A DNA stretch of 63,090 nt, filler included, from Octopus bimaculoides (lineage: Eukaryota): assembly GCF_001194135.2 (NCBI RefSeq). It is 3 parts of 3 records of this genome, joined end to end, with 100 filler letters (N's around TTAATTAATTAA, not from the genome) between each part and the next. Parts side by side here need not be neighbours in the genome. Positions count along the whole stretch, not along the records: positions 22,391 to 33,908 come from NC_068990.1; positions 34,009 to 63,090 come from NC_068988.1; 1 more part is not named here. One strand, 5' to 3'. How positions within the stretch are numbered: position 1 is the stretch's first letter; each line of letters opens with the position of its first letter. Positions 25,074 through 37,139 of this stretch are shown in pieces. A program made the translations under genes and the position numbers. The notes under the pieces were generated by a model. That model did not search any database. It was not told the origin of the DNA and saw only the letters and a list, made by a program, of their open reading frames with translations.

Positions 25074-25709
25074 GTAATAAATTAGCTAATACTGAGAATA
25101 ATACATAATATATATATATATATATATATCAATATATGATGGAAGGTGGACGNNNNNNNNNNNNNNNNNNNNNNNNNNNNNNNNNNNNNNNNNNNNNNNN
25201 NNNNNNNNNNNNNNNNNNNNNNNNNNNNNNNNNNNNNNNNNNNNNNNNNNNNNNNNNNNNNNNNNNNNNNNNNNNNNNNNNNNNNNNNNNNNNNNNNNNN
25301 NNNNNNNNNNNNNNNNNNNNNNNNNNNNNNNNNNNNNNNNNNNNNNNNNNNNNNNNNNNNNNNNNNNNNNNNNNNNNNNNNNNNNNNNNNNNNNNNNNNN
25401 NNNNNNNNNNNNNNNNNNNNNNNNNNNNNNNNNNNNNNNNNNNNNNNNNNNNNNNNNNNNNNNNNNNNNNNNNNNNNNNNNNNNNNNNNNNNNNNNNNNN
25501 NNNNNNNNNNNNNNNNNNNNNNNNNNNNNNNNNNNNNNNNNNNNNNNNNNNNNNNNNNNNNNNNNNNNNNNNNNNNNNNNNNNNNNNNNNNNNNNNNNNN
25601 NNNNNNNNNNNNNNNNNNNNNNNNNNNNNNNNNNNNNNNNNNNNNNNNNNNNNNNNNNNNNNNNNNNNNNNNNNNNNNNNNNNNNNNNNNNNNNNNNNNN
25701 NNNNNNNNN

Positions 25710-25760
<51 letters not shown>

Positions 25761-25998
25761 CTGCTATTACGCAAAAGTGTCGTAAGTCCAAAACATTGCT
25801 TTTTTCAGAAAATGATAAAATAGTTTCACCATTCCATAGCAAAACCGTTATACTAAACTTTGTCGATTATCATATCTTGGCATATGATGCTGCTGGAGAT
25901 ATGATAGTTTGACCAAAAGAAGCGGCAAGCAAAAATAAGTATTGAAAAAAAACGCACTTGGTCAAATTTGGACATGCAATAGTTTAACATAATAGCAA

Positions 25999-26034
<36 letters not shown>

Positions 26035-26085
26035 TATATAAATTAAATATGAATCAGCATGATTCATATTTAATATATATTCTTC

Positions 26086-26394
26086 ATGCTGATTCTGCAG
26101 ATCTGGGAGAAGAAACAGATTCCTCAAGATCTCAAAGATGCAGTCATTGCCACCATCTTCAAGAAAGGAGAGAGGAGCCTTTGTGGTAACTATCGTGGCA
26201 TCTCTCTGCTTTCAATCTTATTACAACGTCTCCAAGTGGTAGCTGAATCAGTCTTTCCTGAGTCACAGCGTGGTTTCAGAAGGTCAAAAGGTACCATCGA
26301 CATGATCTTTTGTGTACGTCAGATCCAGGAGAAGAGCCGGGAACAGCAGAAACCTGTCTTTTTCATCTTCTACGACTTGGAAAAAGCTTTCGAC
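26086..26394 (+). pseudogene. RTE-clade LINE reverse transcriptase fragment
   Basis: IWEKKQIPQDLKDAVIATIFKKGERSLCGNYRGISLLS...ESQRGFR...TIDMIFCVRQIQEK...DLEKAFD corresponds to RT domains 0-3 of RTE/BovB-type LINEs. Confidence 0.92.
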
Positions 26395-26644
26395 TGGAAA
26401 CAAAAGCAAAATAGACACCACAGGTAGCAATTTGAAATTTTTAAAATTTTCCCAAAATTGCAGAACACGTCAAGTAAGAAAACGATATCAGAACTTTGTA
26501 AATACAATTTTGAATAAAATTTATTCATTTTAAATTTTGACACAAAGCCAACAACTTAGGAGCAGGGGATAATAAATCGATTACATCAGCCTCAGTATTC
26601 AACTGGTATTTATTTTATCCCGACAAAGGGATGAAAGGCAAAGA

Positions 26645-26833
26645 CAATTTCACCAGAATAATTTTGAATTAAATTTATTGTAACTTAACCCATTTTAAAT
26701 ATCTTAGGAATGAGAACCCAGGATCGAAATTTCCCCAAGACACCTGATGAAGGCTGGAAGGTATATCAGTCGAAACGTTGTGTTAACAACAAACAAGATG
26801 AGGACAAATATCCATCAAATGTAAACAATGTAC
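26645..26833 (+). mobile_element. PLE-type pseudo-LTR / non-autonomous element carrying a hammerhead
   Basis: Non-coding segment around the HHR at 26739, ending near tgtaaacaatgtaca before AT/AG repeats. PLE origin is inferred from the HHR type. Confidence 0.55.
26739..26784 (+). ncRNA. Minimal type I hammerhead ribozyme (palindromic helix III)
   Basis: GACAC-CTGATGA-A-GGCTG gaaggtatat CAGTC-GAAA-CG-TT|GTGTT. Helix I is 5 bp, helix II is 5 bp, both core boxes are intact, the ACGT palindrome lies at 26775-26778, and predicted cleavage is after 26779. Confidence 0.75.
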
Positions 26834-27749
26834 ATAGTGTATATAGAAAGATATCCAAAGAAATGAGAGAGAGAATATGTTAGAGAGAGAGAGAGAGAGA
26901 GAGAAAAACAGAGACAGAGAGGAGGAGGAGGAGGAGGAGAGATAGTGCATATTTAGTAGAGATGGCCTGGAAATTGTTGTTCTTCGATTACTATCGCAAA
27001 CAGCAGTAGCTTTCTTCAGCTGAATACACATCATTGATTGGTTAAAATTACCCAAATATGACAACTTTAACACGAAATAACTTCTAAAATACGAAATTTT
27101 ATCAAAAATGTTGAGAGTAAAGCATGTTCAGCACGAGAAATTACACCAGTATACGAAGTTTCAAACTGTTTAGTTAAAAAAGATAATTAAAAAATCTGTA
27201 TGCCAAACTGAAGAGATCCCTTCTGTAAACGATGGAAGTGAGCTAGAATGTTAAAACTTAGTGCACAGTCCGTATACTTATTGATCAGACCTCGTATACA
27301 CACACACATATATACATCTATTTTTGTGTATATATAAGGCAAAAATCCCCAGCAAAAATCTTTAAAAATACTTTATAGAGGAAATGGTTAAAATCAAAAG
27401 AAATTTCAAAAATATAAATGAAAAATAACAATAGAAAAACACCCCAAAAAGCTCCACAAAACAACCAGATGTAAAAGAAAGATAACAGAAAATCCGGAGA
27501 TTTAAAAGTTTGACAACGTACATATGGCAGAGGAATAAAATAAACAGGAATATAAGAATGAAAGAAGAGTAAAAGAAAATCAAACGATCCCACCCTGCCA
27601 CACCCTCACACGTTTTGCATAAGAAAAGATAAAGAAAGAGAGAACGAAAGAAAAATAATTTTAGGACAATGTTTACAGAGGGGGAGGGGGAGACAGAGAG
27701 CCTGTGTGTGTGTGTGTGTGAAAGAGAGAGAGAGAAAGAGGGGAAGAAA

Positions 27750-27780
<31 letters not shown>

Positions 27781-28129
27781 GCAGAGAAAGAGAGAGAAAA
27801 AAGGGAAAAAGAGAGGGAGATGTAATGGGGAGAATGGAGACTAATGAAGAAGCAACATGGATAGAAAAAGATAAGAGGTAATAAATAATAATACTAATAA
27901 TAAAAACGAAGTATGTATACGTGTATGTATGTGTATATATGTATATGTATATATGAGTGCGTGTGTGTGTATATGTATGTATATGTATGTATGTATGTAT
28001 ATATATATATATGTATATATATGTATATATATATATGTATGTATATATGTATGTATATATATGTATATATGTATATATATGTATATATATGTATGTATAT
28101 ATATGTGTGTGCATGTACATCTGTGTATG

Positions 28130-28204
<75 letters not shown>

Positions 28205-28277
28205 ATATATATATATATGTATATACGAGTATATATATATATATATATATATATATGCATGTAAATCTGTGTATGTA

Positions 28278-28308
<31 letters not shown>

Positions 28309-29049
28309 GTGTATATGGATGGATGTATATGTGTATATATATGTGTATTTGTGTTCATGTGTGTGTGTTCATGTGTGTGTGTGTGTGTGTGTAGCAAAAC
28401 TTAAATATATTTGATAAGAGAGAAGAACATAAAGTCACTAATAAAGAAACAGAACTGGAAATCTTGAGAATTGGTAAACAGTAAATCCTTCAGTTCCTGC
28501 GATTGCATGGGTTGCATGGAAGCTTACTTTGTTTTAATACGATAATAGCAGACTGCTACAGGATCATGAATTTGAGAAGACAGATAAGATATCAGAGAAC
28601 GAGAACAACATATGCTGCATTACAGATGAGTGTATTTACTGGTGATGTACCAAAAAAAGAAAAATTAAAAAATGAGAACTTGTTTATTGTTGATTGACCT
28701 GGTAGATATAGCAGTTAAATGTAAGCTAAATGTGATTCTACTGTTTTTAGAAAAAAAAATAAGGAAGGAAGGATGTATATATCTTAGGATGCAGTACATG
28801 GACCCATCGTCAGTGTTGCATTCCTGGATCACTGTTTGTTTTGACTCTTGTAATAATCACACATTCAGAGAACATGGCCTCTTTCCTTCAAAGATGAATG
28901 CATTTGAGGTCAGTATACACGAAATATGATTATGGTGGGGATTCTTTTCATCGTGATGATGGTTGTGATGATGGTTGTGATGGTGATGGTGAGAAAGAGG
29001 AGAAGAATGGTGACTGGTGGGGATATGAGTTTGTTCTGGATGGTTGAAC

Positions 29050-29514
29050 CATCCAACCGAACCTGTACTCTGTTGTACAGTTTGGATGTATGCCACTGTG
29101 CTGCAAAAGTACCCGGCATTGGTTAACAGAAGGTGAGGTCTTCTTCATGAAGATAATGTAAAATTTCAAATTACTAAACTCCAGGAACTTGAGGGAATTG
29201 AACTGAAGTCACTCCCAGCATATAATCCAGACCTAGCTCTCTCAGATAATTGCTTGTTCCAATCGATGGTTCACTTCCTGCACTCACAATGCTTCATCAA
29301 CCAAGAGGAGATGAAAGCTTCATTGAAGGAATTCTTCACTTCAGAAGATAAGAACTGGTATCAACATGGAATCAACGAAATGACAGAAAGATGCCTTCAG
29401 ACTCTGTAACATGATAACTTCTATACTTTGAATGCCAGACTGCTTTTGTGGTAACTTAATGCATAAAGCAAATAAGTTACCAAAATATTGCAAAACTTTT
29501 GACCTAACGCAATA
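29050..29514 (+). pseudogene. mariner transposase C-terminal fossil plus 3' TIR
   Basis: 29107-29409 in frame reads KYPALVNRR*GLLHEDN...AYNPDLALSDNCLFQSM..F..F..EE.K..L.EFF..WY..GI, matching the mariner YSPDLAPSDYHLF motif. gcaaaacttttgacctaacgcaata (29490-29514) is TIR-like. Confidence 0.88.
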
Positions 29515-29940
29515 AAATCTTTACACGAAATATTTTGTATTGAGTACTTTGTCAGTTAATGTGACCAATTATTTTTATCTTTTGTTATAAACTCAACTCA
29601 CAACACTTAAAGTCAAGAAGTAATTATTGATTGTCTGATTAATCGATTACTTTTAAAGAACAGAAATACTTGTGACATGTCTTTGAGAAGTTTGGCATTG
29701 TTAAAAATAGCAACGTTGGTTCTGTCTTGACAGATTTGTTCAATAATCAAATCATTAAGATTTTACTGAGATCAATTATAGTTCCAGCTTGGTTCTTCAT
29801 TCTCTAAGTATCTCCTGGGTAGAATGATTGTGGTAAGGGGTTCAATTTTAGCATGTGCCAATTGCAATCATTTTTATCATGCATGAATGTGTGGTAAGAA
29901 GTACTTCTCAACAACATGGTACCTACAGCATGTGTGTGTG

Positions 29941-29995
<55 letters not shown>

Positions 29996-30305
29996 GTACA
30001 TATGTATATGTATATATAGTTAAAACGTACTTGCAAGGATGTATATATATATATATATAATTTTTAAAAAAATATATAATCTTTTATTTGTTTCAGTCAT
30101 TTGACTGCAGCCATGCTGGATTACCGCCTTTAGTCTCGTAAATCGAATCCAGGACTTATTCTTCGTAAACTGAGTACTTATTCTGTCGGCCTCTTTTGCC
30201 GAAGTGCTAAGTTATAGGGATGTAAACACACCAGCATCGATTGTCAAGAGATGTTGTGGGGACAAACACTGACACACAAACACACATACATACACATGTA
30301 ATATA

Positions 30306-30550
30306 CTTTATTTAAAAGCAGCAGAAATATAACAAAAGCTGTTACTCAGAGTTTCACGTTCCCCTTCGCTGGACAGTTTTGTTAAAATGAAACAGGAAAA
30401 AAAAAAACTGTCTGACGAACAGGAATGGGAAACTCTGAGTAACAGCTTTTGTTATATTTCTGCTGCTTTTAAATAAAGCATATTACTCTACCTCTGGTAT
30501 TTGAGTACTCTTTTTTTCCACCTTGTTTCACATTTATGTGCTTACTCCAC
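30306..30550 (+). mobile_element. PLE-type HHR element with inverted terminal duplication, inserted in the SINE A linker
   Basis: 75-bp inverted arms at 30306-30380 and 30404-30478 with a 23-nt spacer; unique 3' sequence continues to ~30550 before (TA)n. Confidence 0.65.
30408..30445 (+). ncRNA. Minimal type I hammerhead ribozyme
   Basis: CTGT-CTGACGA-ACA ggaa TGG-GAAA-CTCTGAG-TA|ACAG. The core is intact, helix I is 4 bp (extendable AAAA/TTTT), helix III is near-palindromic and the site is GUA. Helix II is weak (A.G closing pair). Confidence 0.65.
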
Positions 30551-31361
30551 TACATATGTATATATATATATATATATGACAGGCTTCTTTCAGTTTCCGT
30601 CTACCCAATCCACTCACAAGACTTTGGCACCTTGGGCGAGTATATTCTACCATAGCCTTGGCCGACCAAATCCTTGTGAGTGGATTTGGTAGACAGAAAC
30701 TGAAAGAAGTCCGTCGTATATCTAATATATAAATATGTATGTGTGTGCATATGTTTGTGTGACTGTACTTGTCCCTCCAACGTCACTTGACAACCAATGC
30801 TTGTGTGTTCACATCCCCGTAACATAGCGGTTCGGCAAAAGAGACCGATAGAATAAGTACTAGGCTTACAAAGAATAAGTCCTGGGGGTCGATTTGCTCA
30901 ACTAAAGGCAGTGCTCCAGCATGGTCGCAGTCAAATGACTGAAGCAAGTAAAAAAATAAAAGAGTAAAAGAATATATATACATGAATAACTATTTGAAGA
31001 TATTTATATAGATATTGTAATTAATTATTATCATTAGTAAAAGGAATGATAACAACAATAATATAGGTGGCCAACGAGCAAAAGTTGATAATTGTCAAAT
31101 CCCAAATTTTATAATTAATCTATAATTATAATAGGGTACACAAGGTGCCAGCATTATTGTGAAAATCAGAGTTGAAAAATCCTCTAGGAAAACCACCAAT
31201 CACTGGTAAAATAACAAGCACAACAGAATTTGGGCTACGAGCAAAGAAATTAACTTACAATCTTGGCAGAAAGCCGTAGAATGAGGAAATGGATATTCCT
31301 GGTTCAATTGATTTCAAATTTTGAGAGTTTATCTCCCTTAATTCTCATCAACAGGTCTCAC

Positions 31362-31412
<51 letters not shown>

Positions 31413-31599
31413 ATATATGTACATATATAATATATATATATATATAAAATACAAATATCTATATATAATATATATACTTATAATATATACGTGTGTGTGT
31501 TTATGTATATGTGTGTGTATATATACATATATATACATATATATATTAAAAGGTACAGACTTATCAAACACACACACACACACCCACAGATACCTGCAT

Positions 31600-32025
31600 G
31601 CATACACAAGCATGGATTCACACACAGGCACACACATAATTTCACACACACACACATAATTTCACACATACACACACACACACACACACGCACACACAAT
31701 TTCACACACACACTTAAACACAAACATATGCATTCATGCAATACACACACATCACACAGACACTTACATACACACACATGCACACAGACACACATGCATG
31801 CAAACACACATGCATGCACACACACACACTCAGATACACACTCACACATACACATACACTGACCTTCACACTCACACACATACATTCACACACAAACATA
31901 CAGACACACATAGACACTCTCACACACACAGAGACACACACAGACACACACAGACACTCACACACAAAGACATGCACACACAAACTCACACACACACACA
32001 CACACACGCACACACACACACACAT
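31600..32025. repeat. Degenerate CA-rich compound microsatellite
   Basis: CA/CACAT/CAGA repeats; source of the HT/CV-rich ORFs. Confidence 0.9.
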
Positions 32026-32779
32026 CGCTGAGAATTAGGCTAAGGGCTCACATTCCTGTCGAGCACTCAACCACGAGATGCTAGAAAACGATGTTTAGAG
32101 GCCCTGTGACATCTTATCTTCTGCACCAGTCCCTTGACATCTTGACAAAACCATCTCTGACAACATCGGTTTCCAAGCAGCATCAGTCGAAATCAGTGGA
32201 CCTTCTCTTGCATCAGAGGCAAAGTAGGTGAGGGGACACCAGAAGGAATGTACAATTGCTGGTTTTAATCACAAAGTATTAACCAAGCACCTTTACACAG
32301 GTGAACAGGTTCTTCGTGAATAGTGATCGAAAGAACCCTGTTCCTTGCTCCATTCCCTGAACTCCAAAACTTCGATCAGAACATTTAACTGAAGCCACTT
32401 CCATCATACGGAAAACTCTACAAAGTTCATAACCTCAGAGACACCTTCTTTGAATAATTGATGAAAAGGAAGAAGAAAAAATTTCTTCTTGCTGTGAATC
32501 TTTGGGAAACGAAGATTCAAAGCAGAGCTTTGTGTGTGTGTGTGTGTGTATGTATGTGTGTGTGTGTGTGTGTTGAGCGTTTCTTTGGATGATTCCGATG
32601 AACTAAAGACTTGGCTGGAATCTTCATATTTAATCTTATTCATAGCAGGAGTCTATTAAAGAATTATATATTTCAGTTTGATGTTGCAAAATATATTAAA
32701 AGGAAACCATTATTTGCTGAAATGCGGGATGTATGGATGACGTATTTAGAAGACGTAGACGTTCCAAAAGTTTGCAGTG

Positions 32780-32794
32780 ATTTATCATCATCAC

Positions 32795-32856
<62 letters not shown>

Positions 32857-33493
32857 GCATCAGCAGTATTGTCATCATTCTCATCATCAACAACGGCATC
32901 CATTANNNNNNNNNNNNNNNNNNNNNNNNNNNNNNNNNNNNNNNNNNNNNNNNNNNNNNNNNNNNNNNNNNNNNNNNNNNNNNNNNNNNNNNNNNNNNNN
33001 NNNNNNNNNNNNNNNNNNNNNNNNNNNNNNNNNNNNNNNNNNNNNNNNNNNNNNNNNNNNNNNNNNNNNNNNNNNNNNNNNNNNNNNNNNNNNNNNNNNN
33101 NNNNNNNNNNNNNNNNNNNNNNNNNNNNNNNNNNNNNNNNNNNNNNNNNNNNNNNNNNNNNNNNNNNNNNNNNNNNNNNNNNNNNNNNNNNNNNNNNNNN
33201 NNNNNNNNNNNNNNNNNNNNNNNNNNNNNNNNNNNNNNNNNNNNNNNNNNNNNNNNNNNNNNNNNNNNNNNNNNNNNNNNNNNNNNNNNNNNNNNNCTCC
33301 TCCATCTCTTCCTTCTCATTTGTGTCATCATCGTCATCATCGTCGCTCATCATCTCCTTCTCTTCTTCTCCGACACCACAGCCTCATCTGCCTCGTTGTC
33401 ATTGTCATTGTCTTCACTGTCAGCATTATTGTCATCGTCATCACCAGCATCGAAAATTATCCACTTTTCCTCCTAAATCTCCTCATGATAATC

Positions 33494-33529
<36 letters not shown>

Positions 33530-33910
33530 GTCATTGTCATTTATTTTTTTGCTTTTTCATCCAATACTATCACCTCTTTCATCATTGTTATCCTTGTTAC
33601 CATCATCATTTTCATCACTATCATCATCATTACCACCAACACTGCAACCATCTCCAACACCACCACCACCACCACCACCACCACTNNNNNNNNNNGCAGC
33701 AGCAGCAGCATCAGCAGTATTGTCATCATTCTCATCATCAACAACGGCATCCATTATTATCATCATTATCGCTTTTGTTGTTGTCATCGTCACCTTCTTC
33801 ATCGGAATCTTCATCATCCCCCTCCTTGCTTCTTCTCGCACCTCTTCCGCCTCCCTGCTCTTCTTCTTCCCGCCCTTCCTCCTCCTCCTCCTCCTCCTCC
33901 TCCTCCTCNN
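32780..33910. repeat. Compound (CAT)/(CAG)/(CAC)/(CCT) low-complexity tract with gaps
   Basis: Directly visible; poly-H, poly-S and poly-Q ORFs arise from it. Confidence 0.9.
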
Positions 33911-33952
33911 NNNNNNNNNNNNNNNNNNNNNNNNNNNNNNNNNNNNNNNNNN

Positions 33953-33964
33953 TTAATTAATTAA
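33953..33964. other. Assembly spacer TTAATTAATTAA inside an N gap
   Basis: Identical to 22335-22346. Confidence 0.9.
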
Positions 33965-36370
33965 NNNNNNNNNNNNNNNNNNNNNNNNNNNNNNNNNNNN
34001 NNNNNNNNTATATATATATACATATACATATATATGTATATATATCTTCTTTTACTCTTATACTCTTTGTTCAAGCCATGCTACTGCAGTCATGCTGCAC
34101 CACCTACAATGTAATTAAATGTAATCCTCCAATCAATTTCCAATCATTAAGCTGGATATTGGTCGGATAATTATATCTTTCGTTATTGGAGTTTGGATGA
34201 CAACAATGCGAAAATTATTAAAAAAGGAAACCTCAGGGGACACGTGAATTCCAATAAAAATATGAAGAAATATTTTTGAAAATTTGACCCTACATGGTTG
34301 GCTGAAATCTAAGACTGGACAAACCATTCGAAATCATTGATAATAATTCAAACCAAGAATTAATAATGCTATCTCCTGTCGTCTATTATTTATAGGTTCT
34401 TCAAATTTAGGATCGAATTAGAGATAAACGATTAAACATCTGCAAATGTTTGCCGGGTATGTGAGGGCCAGTTCCACATTTTTTTTTGTAGATGAATTAT
34501 TCAGACCCTTGGATTTGTGTGCCCTATTGACACGACACCTAGCAGGTTGCAAGAAACAGCTCTTACTCCCATTGCTACGCCTTGAATCAAACTATAAAAG
34601 TAAAGTTCAGAATGGTCGTACACCTTAGTAGAAATATCAGCCACATCTCAGTCTAATCATGCCCTCACAAAATAAATATCTCTTTATACGATATAGTTCT
34701 AAGTATATCCAAGGAAAGCAAAAACGAAGGATAAGTTTTCCTTGTGCTATATAACATACTTGATGTGCGATCTACAACAAAAGTATAATTATTTTTACAA
34801 AGTAATGCATTGTTTTTGCTGTAAGGTCACACATTTGATTTCATAAACTCCTAAAATAAACAATGAACTTTTTTTTAATCATGCGTCAGTGCTGTGAATT
34901 TCCACAGACTATTAATAAAATAATTTTTATTTTCATTGACATATTGATTTATTCTTGTTCAGCCATATGTGAACACTGACTGAGCGGTACTGAGACTATC
35001 TCACCATATAAGCTTAGATAATTTCAGATTATTATATTCAATATGTACGTCATCTCTTGTAAGGATAATACAACGAGAATAGAAAGATGTGGGTGCTGCT
35101 ATAGGCAGGTCGAATGATCACCTTTAAGCTCCTCAAATGAGTGGGAAAAAACGGTTGTAGTGGTTGCTTTTTACATATGATACATGTAACGCTCTGGAGC
35201 GTGGGCGTGTGACTAAATGGCAGGCCTTTACGTTGTGAATGTGCAGTGAAGCAAATCATGCTACATGAAAGCAAAGAAATATTTGGCATTTATACAATAC
35301 ACGCGGCACCAACACCAGCCATCTTATTACAGTTCCTAAGAGATTTTGCTAACCATAAAAGCAATACTACCTTGTTTTGTTAAAAGCACTATCGATAATT
35401 CAAAGAAGAGGTTAATCTTATTAAGCTGTATGAGTTGAATATATACTTCTTATATTATAAATTATCCTAGGAAGATTACTTTCCGCGTTTAATTTGATAA
35501 AATAGACACCACCACAATTTTTCAACCTCTCATATGCAGCAGTTGAATTTCACCGAAATAATAGACTACATTTAAAAAAAATTTTTGAATTACACTCGAT
35601 AGTAGTTTATTCAAACTACACATTTGAGAATATATATTTGATTGACCACTGATTGCTAGTATTTTAGAAGCATATGCAAAAAAAAAAAAAAGGAAAATTG
35701 TCTCAATTTACAATGCATCTGTCTCAGTTATTGTCTTATGGGAGGCATTTTTTTTTCTGGAGACAGCAAAGGTAACTCTGTTTATATGATAGTGTTGAAA
35801 CAGAAATCTTCGTGTATTCAGAAGAAATATATATGTGTTATCAGCACATGTAAATGATAGTCAATATTAATGTTCTCGTATTTAATGCAACGACCCTTTG
35901 AAAAGTATTTTTAAATAATTACACGGTGAAAGAAAAATTGGATTATCTTATATCATTAACTAAAATTATTCCTGGTTCTTCGGGAAGTAAGAGTGATATT
36001 TAGAGAGTTGCTTAAAATATGTACTTGCTGAAGTAGAATGATGGAAGAATCACTAAATGACTGCAGAACTGTAATTACAATACATGCCATACAACAACAG
36101 AACATAGAGAACTTGGTTATAGCAGATATCAGTTCTCAGTAAAAATGTAAAGAAACAAATGCTGATATAGCACTGAACAGAATGAAGCTTTTATTTTTAG
36201 GATATTAGCTAAACTTTAAGGAAATTGGATAATAAAGTATCTGGCTACATGGATATTTAATTATTCATAAGTCGACTAGTAATATTTTCAAAATACAAAG
36301 GAGAAAGAAAATTAAAATTGTAACGATAATAAATTTTTATAGCACTGTAGAAACTAACACATATGTAAAC

Positions 36371-36441
<71 letters not shown>

Positions 36442-36974
36442 TGATGATGATGATGATGATAATAACTTAAGGAGTGAACAAATGTCAAAAACGTAATCAG
36501 AGAAAAATATAAAAATGTATTATGATTTAAATGCAGAGACAATATTGAGAAACACAGAACATGAAAAAGAAAGGAATGCGGCAGTAAGATACATGTAATA
36601 GAGAATGAGAAGAGAGAAACAGACAGAGAGAGAGAGAGAGAAATTAAACAGAATGAATGTATATTTGTGTAAGTGTGTGAGAGATTTTGTTTGGAAGTGT
36701 GCGGTTATATCTTTCGATATGTGCTTGTGTTGAGCAGGGGATGAGAGTTCTGTAATATATCAAAATGTTTATGATATCACTTTATTTAAATTTGTTTTTT
36801 ATGAAAAACTAAATTTCATAGAGAGAAAATAAAAACGAAATATGAGAAGCGCAAGTTGAAGTAAACTTTAGAAACATATTTCAAAGAAATTAATTATAGA
36901 TAAATGGAAAGTTATTAGGATATGTATGCAAGTAAACAGAATACTATATATACACATGTACATATTCTTTTATT

Positions 36975-37139
36975 CTGTTATTCTTTCAGATGCTGGAAGC
37001 ACTGCCTCGAAGATTTTTAGTCAAAAACTCGACACCAGGTTTTAATTCTTTAAGCCTAGTACGTATTCTATTGGTCACCATATGTCGAACCGCCAGGTTA
37101 CTGGGATGAAAACACAACACCGTTTCAATCGAGGATGGT
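36975..37139 (-). mobile_element. SINE family A tail (degenerate) running into a gap
   Basis: gatgctggaagcactgcc...aagcctagtacgtattctattggtc...cgaaccgccaggttac matches the A tail. Confidence 0.7.

Larger units (their letters stand above)
30081..30955. mobile_element. Head-to-head pair of SINE family A copies (left -, right +)
   Basis: 30081-30267 is the reverse complement of ~30769-30955; 30578-30627 is the reverse complement of 30666-30715 (44/50). Confidence 0.85.

Noticed and set aside
32040-32400. GC-richer segment as a retroelement coding relic
   Set aside because: Stops in all frames examined and no RT, endonuclease or integrase motif recognised.
35728-35771. 44-nt exon or 9-nt microexon before GTAACT
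   Set aside because: Acceptors are mediocre (or GAG type) and the peptide is too short to assess.
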